Below are positions 52,020 through 60,016 of a stretch of 64,000 nucleotides of DNA, piece after piece. The first letter of the stretch is position 1; every line of letters begins with the position of its first letter. The position numbers and the translations under genes were made by a program. The stretch is from Polyangia bacterium (GTDB lineage: Bacteria > Myxococcota_A > Polyangia > JAAYKL01), in contig JBNKCR010000098.1 in the NCBI GenBank assembly GCA_050287845.1, positions 160,001-224,000 of the forward strand, written 5' to 3'. The notes beneath the pieces are model-generated. The model was given only the letters and a program-made list of their open reading frames with translations. It searched no databases and was not told the DNA's origin.

Positions 52020-54041
52020 ATGCGTTTTTTTCGCAACCAGATGTCTCGGTCCTTCAAATATCTTCTACTATCGGCAGTTTTTTGGGGGGGAATACTGGGA
52101 TGTGCAACATTGTACTATATGTCCGATCGCCATGTGAGATCGGTCAGTATGGTGCTGGGCGCCCTGGTTGTGGCTGGCATCGGCGTTACGTTTTTACTGG
52201 CCCTGCTTTTGTATTCCATGCGGAAGGTCAGGCGCCAACTGGCAGAGAGTGAAGAGCTGTTTCGTGTGGTGTTCGAGAATGCAGCAGTCGGGTTGATTCA
52301 TATCGACAGTACTGGCCGCGTGCTTCATGTCAACGAAGCATTCTGCCATATCACTGGTTATATGGCGCAAGCACTTCTGTCGCAGGAATTTAATTTCGGA
52401 CAGCTGTTTTATTCTCAGACGGTGCGAAACAAATTGTTTCCCGGTGAGCAACAGGAATACACCTCTGAAAATCGGTACGTGATCACCGAGCCGTGTCGCG
52501 TCAACGATGACCGGATGGTGTGGCTGGATATGCATGTGGAGCGTATTTTCGGGGAGTCTGTTCATTCCGGTACATACGTTATTGCCGCTGTGGATGTAAC
52601 CAAACAGCGCCGGGTGGCTGGTGAACTTGCAGCATATCGGGAGAATCTGGAACAACTTGTTGACGAGCGCACCGCGGAGCTGATGGAAAGTGAGGGACGA
52701 TTCCGGTTCATTGCGGAACACCATCACGATGTGATATGGACCGTGGATTTGCAGAGTCAGCGGATGACATATGTTTCCCCTTCAGTGGAAAAGCTTCGGG
52801 GATTCACCGTGCAACAGGTGATGAGTCAGTCGCCCTGGGATTCGTTCACACCGGCGAGCCGAAAAAAGCTTCATGAACAGTTGTGGGAAGTGCTGCAGCA
52901 TTGGGATCAGGATGGCCAGAAAGAGCAGACCCGAATCATTGAAGCGCGGCAGTATCATAAGGACGGCCATACTATTGATGTGGAACTGGTGGTGTCGATT
53001 TATCCCAATGAAAAGGGGGAACCGGGCGCGCTGCTGGGAGTAACCCACAATATTACCGAACGCAAGCGAACGGAGCAGGAACTTCGGCGAATGGCATTTC
53101 ATGACGGCTTGACCGGTTTGGCCAATCGACGGCTGCTATACGACAGACTGCGTCAGGCCATTGGTCATGCTCACAGACGGCAGCGAAGAATCGCGTTGCT
53201 GTTTATTGACCTCGACAATTTCAAACCAGTCAATGATCAGTTGGGGCATCACATCGGTGACTGGTTACTGAAAGCGGTGTCCATTCGGATACAGGATGTG
53301 CTTCGCGCATATGATACTGCCGCACGAATGGGAGGCGACGAATTTATCGTGCTGCTGCCGGATCTGGAACAGGTCAGTGACGCGCTGGTAATTGCGGAGC
53401 GCATTCGGACAGTGACCGATGAGCCTTTCATTACCGACGACGGAAAGCGGATTCGTTTGACTGTCAGTATTGGTGTCGCACTGTTTCCGGACCATGCAGA
53501 TAATGAGCATGACCTGCTGCGTGTGGGAGACGACGCCATGTATCATGCCAAACGGACGGGACGGAATCGGGTGGAGATGTTGGCGTTCCCCTCCGCACTG
53601 CCCGGTGGAATGGATTGGGCGTTATCGGAACGGGACATTCCACTGAGTCTCTCGTGGAACGCCATGATGGAGAGCGGCGATTCTCAGCTGGATGCGGAGC
53701 ATCAACACTTATTTGAACATGCCAATCATGTCATATATGCCGCCATGGTCAGAGAGGAATATCCGGAACGATTTTATCTGGCGCTGGACAATCTGTTGCA
53801 TGAAATGCAGGAACACTTCAATCATGAAGAAGAAATACTGCTTGGCAATCAATGGCCGCATCTGCAGGCCCATATTCAGAAACATCAATATCTGCTGGCA
53901 AAAGCAGCACATTTACGCGCTCAGGCCGAGACAGACGCGTTACCCATTCGGGAACTGGTCGACTTTCTGGCAATAGAGATGGTGGTGCAGCACATTATGA
54001 CCGATGATCGGCAATATTTTCATTTTATCGGGCCAAACTGA
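52020..54041 (+). CDS. Diguanylate cyclase: 2TM-PAS-PAS-GGDEF-hemerythrin
   Basis: HDGLTGLANR, RAYD I-site and GGDEF. The C-terminus has hemerythrin ligands EH, HF..EE, H...H and HI...D. Confidence 0.93.
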   Translation: MRFFRNQMSRSFKYLLLSAVFWGGILGCATLYYMSDRHVRSVSMVLGALVVAGIGVTFLLALLLYSMRKVRRQLAESEELFRVVFENAAVGLIHIDSTGRVLHVNEAFCHITGYMAQALLSQEFNFGQLFYSQTVRNKLFPGEQQEYTSENRYVITEPCRVNDDRMVWLDMHVERIFGESVHSGTYVIAAVDVTKQRRVAGELAAYRENLEQLVDERTAELMESEGRFRFIAEHHHDVIWTVDLQSQRMTYVSPSVEKLRGFTVQQVMSQSPWDSFTPASRKKLHEQLWEVLQHWDQDGQKEQTRIIEARQYHKDGHTIDVELVVSIYPNEKGEPGALLGVTHNITERKRTEQELRRMAFHDGLTGLANRRLLYDRLRQAIGHAHRRQRRIALLFIDLDNFKPVNDQLGHHIGDWLLKAVSIRIQDVLRAYDTAARMGGDEFIVLLPDLEQVSDALVIAERIRTVTDEPFITDDGKRIRLTVSIGVALFPDHADNEHDLLRVGDDAMYHAKRTGRNRVEMLAFPSALPGGMDWALSERDIPLSLSWNAMMESGDSQLDAEHQHLFEHANHVIYAAMVREEYPERFYLALDNLLHEMQEHFNHEEEILLGNQWPHLQAHIQKHQYLLAKAAHLRAQAETDALPIRELVDFLAIEMVVQHIMTDDRQYFHFIGPN

Positions 54042-54053
54042 GCGGGGACAGGG

Positions 54054-55169
54054 TTATTGGGGGAAGCGCTTCTGCATGGATGCTTCAATTGTTTTCAGAA
54101 AATGGTCCGCCAGTTGTTTCCATTGGAACCGTTTTTCCACCGGGGCAAACTTGATGGTGCGCGGGTTTTTCATTGCGAGAAATAATTTTTTGCTGAAATC
54201 ATGGACATCCGGTTCGGCGATTCGCGCTTTTTTGGAATCGCAGTCGTACTGAATTTCCCCGGCCGTCCTGAGACGATAATCAATCAGAGTGGCGTTCTCA
54301 TGGGTCAGAAAATCCATGTGTCCACTCCAACCGGTCACCATAACCGGCAGTCCACAGGCCAGTGCTTCAAGATACACCATTCCAAAACCTTCTCCTCGGG
54401 TGGCGGAGACCAGACAGTTTGCACTGCGATAAAGGGATGCAATATCGGCTTCAGACAAAAACGTATCGAGCAGGACCACGGCGGGCGCGTTTTTTTCATT
54501 CTGGTACGCTGCAAACATGCCATGAATGTCACGGTACTCAAAGGGTTTACCTTTTTTCGCTGGTACGTAATTTATCTTTACGATTAGCACTACGTCATCG
54601 GCAGCGGTGAATGCATTGCGGTACGCCTGGAGGAGGGTATCCAGTCCTTTTCGCTTGTGCGGTGACGCGACAGCTAAAAACCTGAAGGTTTTATCGGTAT
54701 ATGGGGAGAGGTCCAACCGGGGACCCTCCGGCGAATAAATATCCGGGTTATATCCGTAGTGCAGTATCTCAATTTTCTCGTCATCCATCCCGCATTGTAC
54801 GAATATATCTCTGCAGAAAGTGGAAGATACCAGCAACAAATCAAGGTGCTTATTCGCCTGTTCAATCCAGAGGGGTGGCACCACAGTGCTTTCATACGTC
54901 AGGATGCCCACTTTAAATTTGCCCTGGAGCATATGATAAGTGGAAGGGTGCTCGAATGTGAACACCACGTCATCGCGAAAAGAGTTGGTGGTGCGTGCCA
55001 TGACCGCATCGGGAAGCGGAAACGATTCATCGTACAGAAACCCCTTTCGTTCGAAAACGTTGAGGTCCAAATCGGTTTTCGTCAAAGCGTGCACCAGCTC
55101 GCGGCAGACCTTGGCCCAACTGGTTGGGGCGCGAAGTATTCCAAAATATGTGAGTTGATTGAGTGTCAA
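54054..55169 (-). CDS. Glycosyltransferase family 4
   Basis: RKGLD.LL.AY and RGEGFGM..LEALACG motifs. Start is TTG 55169 (AAGGGAAG SD) or ATG 55211. Confidence 0.9.
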   Translation of the reverse strand: MTLNQLTYFGILRAPTSWAKVCRELVHALTKTDLDLNVFERKGFLYDESFPLPDAVMARTTNSFRDDVVFTFEHPSTYHMLQGKFKVGILTYESTVVPPLWIEQANKHLDLLLVSSTFCRDIFVQCGMDDEKIEILHYGYNPDIYSPEGPRLDLSPYTDKTFRFLAVASPHKRKGLDTLLQAYRNAFTAADDVVLIVKINYVPAKKGKPFEYRDIHGMFAAYQNEKNAPAVVLLDTFLSEADIASLYRSANCLVSATRGEGFGMVYLEALACGLPVMVTGWSGHMDFLTHENATLIDYRLRTAGEIQYDCDSKKARIAEPDVHDFSKKLFLAMKNPRTIKFAPVEKRFQWKQLADHFLKTIEASMQKRFPQ

Positions 55170-55209
55170 AAGACTTCCCTTTTGGTGTCGTTTCAAATAG
55201 GTAGTAGCC

Positions 55210-56505
55210 ATGAAACGGTTCGCACTGGTCAATTTTGTTCCACCGCGTGATGTTGCCAATTATCTGGGATACAGCCAGGGGTTGGGTTCCATCAGTGCAA
55301 GCCTTAAAGAATTAAACCATCAGACCGTTTTATTCAATATAGATAATGTGAACGACAAAGAATCGTTTCAGTCCGTCGCCCGATTCGATGCGGTTTTCGT
55401 GTATCTGTGTACAACGGGGTATCCGCTGTTTTCGGTTGCATTGGATACATACTGGAAAAAAAAGGTACCCGTTTTCGTTGGCGGCCCCCATGCCATTGCG
55501 TTGCCGGAGACCCTGGCCATGGAGGAAGGCGTGACCGGTGTCTGCGTGGGGGAGGGGGAGCGGACAGTATTGGCGCTCGCGGAATGCCTGGAGACCGGCC
55601 GCAGTCTCGATGAAGTGCCCAATCTGTACTTCAATCGCAATGATATGCTGCAGCGAAATGAAACCGGGTGCATCGTGGAAGACCTCGATACCCTGCCTTT
55701 TCCCGATCGTGCATTCTTTCCATATGAAAGCGTACTCTCCACCAAGGCCGGCAAGCTGGTGGGCATGGAATTTATGGCCACCCGTGGCTGCAAGTATGGG
55801 TGTCGCTTTTGCCTCAATCCGCGTCTGCTCAAATTGCAGGGTAAAAAAATGATCCGTCGACGATCGGTTCAATCCATCGTGGAGGAGATTACCCGGGCAA
55901 CATCTCTCTACAATTATCGGGGAGTCATTGGATTTCACGACGACATATTTACCCTGGATTTGAACTGGTTGGCACAGTTCGCCGATGCATTCCGGCGAGA
56001 TGTGAATCGTCCATTCTGGTGCAACGTGCACATCAGCGATATTGACGAAGACATCGTGCGAACCCTTCGCAGGGCAGGGTGCTATCGCGTTCTTGTGGGG
56101 ATTGAATGCGGCAACGAAAGCATCCGGCGAAAAGTTCTGGGAAAGCATTTGAGCAATGAGGAAATACTGTACAAAATTCAGTTGCTGAAAAAACAGCATA
56201 TCAAAATTGTTGCAACATTCATGATTGGCCTGCCCGACGAAACCGAAGAAAATCTGATTGAATCCGTAAATTTCTGCAGACAAATTGCACCGGACTGGAT
56301 ACTGCTGTCATCGCTGTTTCCTTTTCCGGGTACCCGTCTTTACACTCAACTGGTTGAACAGGATCGCCTTGATCCGCATTTTTACAGGCGTCTTGATGTC
56401 GAAACGTTCTACAGTGCTTCCCTTGTATACGATCAGCGGGGATTGACCGCGGACAGATTGGACTATTACTTTCAGAACTTCAGGAAGATGTCGGGCGTTT
56501 TGTGA
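55210..56505 (+). CDS. B12-binding-domain radical SAM enzyme
   Basis: N-terminal B12-binding-like region (GGPH, GEGE), TRGCKYGCRFC, DDIF, GIE.G, FMIGLP.E and PFPGT. Confidence 0.92.
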   Translation: MKRFALVNFVPPRDVANYLGYSQGLGSISASLKELNHQTVLFNIDNVNDKESFQSVARFDAVFVYLCTTGYPLFSVALDTYWKKKVPVFVGGPHAIALPETLAMEEGVTGVCVGEGERTVLALAECLETGRSLDEVPNLYFNRNDMLQRNETGCIVEDLDTLPFPDRAFFPYESVLSTKAGKLVGMEFMATRGCKYGCRFCLNPRLLKLQGKKMIRRRSVQSIVEEITRATSLYNYRGVIGFHDDIFTLDLNWLAQFADAFRRDVNRPFWCNVHISDIDEDIVRTLRRAGCYRVLVGIECGNESIRRKVLGKHLSNEEILYKIQLLKKQHIKIVATFMIGLPDETEENLIESVNFCRQIAPDWILLSSLFPFPGTRLYTQLVEQDRLDPHFYRRLDVETFYSASLVYDQRGLTADRLDYYFQNFRKMSGVL

Positions 56506-57190
56506 TTTGAAATCGCTGGGGCTGAACAACCATTTTCGATACAACGGTGCCGGGACGCTGGTTTAACGCGTACATCACCGCGTCGGCAATGCAGCTGGGA
56601 AGAATAAACGTGTCTTCGTTTTCAGAAGGCGTGAAATAATTGTCCCTGTAAAAGCTGGTGTCGCTGGTAATATCCGGGCAAATCGTGGTGACCCGGACCC
56701 CCTGCTTTCGAGCTTCCTCGAACAGACAGTCGCCAAAATGGGTCAGCGCCGCTTTGGTTGCACTGTACACAGCGCCCTGACTGTGGGTCTTCAACGCTGC
56801 GGTGCTGGCGATGTTGACGATGGTCCCGCTGCTTTTTCGAAGCCAGAACAGCAGCTGAGATGTGAGCACGAACGGCGCGGTGACATTGGTGCGAACCATC
56901 TCATCAATGTCCGCCACATCCAGGGTGTCAAGGGGACCGAATATCCCGACACCGGCGTTGTTCACCAGAACATCCACCCGTTTTTCTTCTCGAATGATTT
57001 GGTTGGCGGCTACACACAGCGCGCCCAGATCGGTGATGTCACAAATCACTGGCAGAAACAGGGAGGAATCCAGTGTCTCGCTGTTGAATTGCCTGGCGAA
57101 CCCATAGGTTCTGTATCCGGCATCCACCAGTCGCCTGGCGATTTCAAGGCCAATTCCCCGGGAGGCCCCGGTTATGATTGCGATTCCCAT
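56480..57190 (-). CDS. Short-chain dehydrogenase/reductase
   Basis: TGASRGIG, NNAG and YSATK motifs. Confidence 0.95.
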   Translation of the reverse strand: MGIAIITGASRGIGLEIARRLVDAGYRTYGFARQFNSETLDSSLFLPVICDITDLGALCVAANQIIREEKRVDVLVNNAGVGIFGPLDTLDVADIDEMVRTNVTAPFVLTSQLLFWLRKSSGTIVNIASTAALKTHSQGAVYSATKAALTHFGDCLFEEARKQGVRVTTICPDITSDTSFYRDNYFTPSENEDTFILPSCIADAVMYALNQRPGTVVSKMVVQPQRFQITKRPTSS

Positions 57191-58173
57191 ATTATCAGCT
57201 TCTCCCTGGATATATATTCAGATAATGGAATAATTATATCATTATTGAAGCACTCGGAGCCAATTTTCATCTCTTTATAAAACAAATCACACCAGGGACG
57301 ATGCCTGCGGATCCGTTTGAAAAAGTCTTTGCCCATTCGGAATGGTCCGGTGGTCACATCATAGAGTTTGTTCCCCGGAAGACTGGTGAAGACTTTTTCA
57401 AATAGCGCCTGGTATTCGATTTGCCATTGCGGAATGGGAACGACCGGGTCAAAGCACAGGCGAACATGCCAGCCGGCATTCAAGGCCTCCTTCGCGGCCT
57501 GTAATCGACTGTCGAGTGATGGGGCGCCGTGCTCCAGCTGCGTAATGACCTGCTGCGGGTTCAGCGACCAGGACAAAAGAAAACTCGGTGAAGGTGGAAT
57601 TTCAGAAATGCGTTTGAACTGCCCACTTCGGGTTCGGCATTCAAACATGATGTTGGCGTGATTACGACTGAAGTCTATCCATTCTTCGGTGAAACCGCAA
57701 ATGGGCTCCATCGCCAGTAGATCGGTTTCGTATGAAATGCTGGTCAGCAAAGGCGATTGTTCATCATTTTCTATCCGGTCAAGAGCATTGAACACATCTT
57801 CGGTGTTTACAAACATCACCAGATTGGCGCTGTTGTACATGCCATGCAGGAAACAGAAGTCACAATCAAAGCGGCAGCCCAGCGCCGGTGTGACGTATAC
57901 CGCCCGATTAAATCCCGCATGCGGACAATTGGCAGAAAACGGATAGGTGAATGGTGGCTGTTTAAAGGCCAGAATGAGCTTGGGGCTTTTTTTCTGTAAA
58001 TCAAAGTTCTGCTTCGGTCGGTTGAAAATGTGTTTGTACGTTTCAATCTGAACCACCGTTGCACCGGGCAATCGGCTGATAATCCGTTGCGTTCGGGGAT
58101 GGTCAGCCACCGCGCGCTCCACGTAAATGTGAGAAAAGGGATTAACGAAGCAATTCTTTCTGGAACTGAGCAA
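57172..58173 (-). CDS. Spore photoproduct lyase-like (SPL family) radical SAM protein
   Basis: GCRFDCDFCFL, SWSLNP, E...PSL..RL.A and L.FDP match the SplB-like family. The TTG start overlaps the upstream gene and is uncertain. Confidence 0.85.
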   Translation of the reverse strand: MLSSRKNCFVNPFSHIYVERAVADHPRTQRIISRLPGATVVQIETYKHIFNRPKQNFDLQKKSPKLILAFKQPPFTYPFSANCPHAGFNRAVYVTPALGCRFDCDFCFLHGMYNSANLVMFVNTEDVFNALDRIENDEQSPLLTSISYETDLLAMEPICGFTEEWIDFSRNHANIMFECRTRSGQFKRISEIPPSPSFLLSWSLNPQQVITQLEHGAPSLDSRLQAAKEALNAGWHVRLCFDPVVPIPQWQIEYQALFEKVFTSLPGNKLYDVTTGPFRMGKDFFKRIRRHRPWCDLFYKEMKIGSECFNNDIIIPLSEYISREKLIIWESQS

Positions 58174-59023
58174 AGTATTGATTCCTTTCCCGGGCGGTCG
58201 TCACCCGGGCGGGGATGAATTCAGGCAGGGTGGCATCGGGGTATTTGTGAACAAACCGACGCACTGTCTGTCGGAGTTGCTCCTGCTGGGTTCTTGTCAA
58301 TTGGAGAATGTCAATCAGGTTCTCCATATATTTCCGGTGAACCCCATTGAATGGAATGGCCCGGGTTTGTCGATTGCACTCACAAACTGCATTCACGTAC
58401 GCGAACACCTCTGGCAATGCGTCACTCAGGGCTCCGTTCATTGCCGCCACATTGATGCGGGGTTGGGTGGAAGGCGGTTCTGAACGGCGTGCATCCTGGA
58501 GGAGACCGGAGGGGACAATGTCCGAGACCACTTTGGCAGAAATAATTTTCTCCGGTCCAACAAACATGGATGCTGCTTCGAAAAAGCCGCTGGCTTCCAT
58601 ATCGACCAGCCCCTGTGAAATCGACTGCAACGTCTGTTCGGTAGCCGGTTTATCCAGGGTGGTCACCGATGTTTCCCGCATCGGGTGACTGGCAAGCATA
58701 TCGGGGTAGTAATGTCGGGAGGTTGCTTCATCGCGAATCTGATGAATGAGCCAGCGGCTTCCCACGGGATGGATGGGGGATGTACTTCCCGCAATTCCCA
58801 GATTGACCACCGCGTCAATGGATTCCGGTGTAAAGCGGCAGCACAATGCACCTGTCGCCGCAGCGGCCCGGACCTTGCCCACGCCGGATACCACCAGATG
58901 ATATGGCGGCTTCGAATATACCGTTAAACGGCCATCAACCGGCTGGAGCTTCAGATGCTTCGTGATACAAGCACCTTCGAAAGGCAGGGCTATTACGATC
59001 ACTATGTGCCGAAGCTGTTTCAT
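58142..59023 (-). CDS. Nucleoside phosphorylase / MTA-SAH nucleosidase-like (PNP_UDP_1) protein with a C-terminal extension
   Basis: AL..E, SGVGKVRAA, N.G.AG, VDMEAS and KVVSD motifs. ATG 59023 follows AGGTGG. Confidence 0.85.
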   Translation of the reverse strand: MKQLRHIVIVIALPFEGACITKHLKLQPVDGRLTVYSKPPYHLVVSGVGKVRAAAATGALCCRFTPESIDAVVNLGIAGSTSPIHPVGSRWLIHQIRDEATSRHYYPDMLASHPMRETSVTTLDKPATEQTLQSISQGLVDMEASGFFEAASMFVGPEKIISAKVVSDIVPSGLLQDARRSEPPSTQPRINVAAMNGALSDALPEVFAYVNAVCECNRQTRAIPFNGVHRKYMENLIDILQLTRTQQEQLRQTVRRFVHKYPDATLPEFIPARVTTARERNQYFAQFQKELLR

Positions 59024-59161
59024 ATCCACCTGTACTTTGACGCGGCATATCGCCCGTCCACCGCGTACCGCTGTATATTCTGGCATCAGGTCTACCATAA
59101 TCGCCATACAATCCGCGCGATAATTTCAAAAAAAAGAAGTTTATAACAGTCAAACGTCGCT

Positions 59162-59340
59162 GAATCCTGTAGAAATGTACATTGGCGTATCTTCCACGGA
59201 TCCCCCGGGATTTCAGGGCGGATCAATAAAAATGATTTTCGTGGGGGGGAGGTATTGATTTTTTCGTTGCGGGGAGCTATCACGGCCCTGGAAGATTCTG
59301 CCGCGCGCATCGCGTGACAAATATTGATTACACAGGATTC
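59162..59340 (+). other. Nested inverted repeats; candidate structured leader RNA
   Basis: Four co-linear stem pairs: gaatcctgt/acaggattc, atcttcca/tggaagat, tcccc/gggga and atcaata/tattgat. Confidence 0.35.
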
Positions 59341-59343
59341 GTC

Positions 59344-60012
59344 ATGCAACTAAACATCTCTCAGGCAGCGTCATTACTGGGGACATCTGAAGCAATGCTG
59401 ACTCGATGGGCTCGCCAGGGCGCCATTCCGGCTCAGGAATCGGAAAATGCGTTTTTTTTCTATCGAAAAGACCTGGAAGCGTGGGCGACCAGACGGCATA
59501 TCTCTCTGCGCGAGCCGGATGGGCCGGCGGCACCCGAAGTCGTAAAATCCCCCTCTCTGTTCGATGCGATGGCATCCGGGGGCTGCATTCGGAATATTCC
59601 GGGCACCGACGCCATTTCGTTTCTGACCAACCTTGTCGATGCAGTAACACTGCCGGATGTGAACCGGGCTACGCTTCTGGACCGGGTACTCGAACGGGAA
59701 GCGCTCTCCTCTACGGGAATTGGAAACGGCATTGCCATTCCCCATCCCAGACAACCCATTGAATCTCTGAGCAGTTCTATCATTGTGACTTGTTTTCCCT
59801 CACAACCGGTGAATTTCAAATCCGTGGATGGCCAGGGGGTGAGAGTGGCGTTCCTGATGCTGTCCGTGGACACGCCGGCTCATCTGAAGCTTTTGTCTCA
59901 GTTGTCCTATATTCTCCATCAACCCGACAATGCCGCGTTCTTTCGCAGTGCACCGCCTGAAGACGAAGTGATGGCGCTCCTGCAGCGACAATGCCGGGAC
60001 CTGGTGGAGTAG
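59344..60012 (+). CDS. HTH (excisionase-like) + PTS EIIA (Ntr/Fru-type) domain protein
   Basis: 'AA.LL..S...L.RW...G.IPA' HTH, and RE.LSSTGIG.GIAIPHPR with the phospho-His. Confidence 0.92.
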   Translation: MQLNISQAASLLGTSEAMLTRWARQGAIPAQESENAFFFYRKDLEAWATRRHISLREPDGPAAPEVVKSPSLFDAMASGGCIRNIPGTDAISFLTNLVDAVTLPDVNRATLLDRVLEREALSSTGIGNGIAIPHPRQPIESLSSSIIVTCFPSQPVNFKSVDGQGVRVAFLMLSVDTPAHLKLLSQLSYILHQPDNAAFFRSAPPEDEVMALLQRQCRDLVE

Positions 60013-60016
60013 TCCG

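Noticed and set aside
59162..59340. 6S RNA or fluoride riboswitch identity for the nested-repeat element
   Set aside because: The length fits 6S, but its conserved sequence elements and usual zapA/ygfA context are missing. The fluoride aptamer core is absent and the ClC is not CLC-F type.
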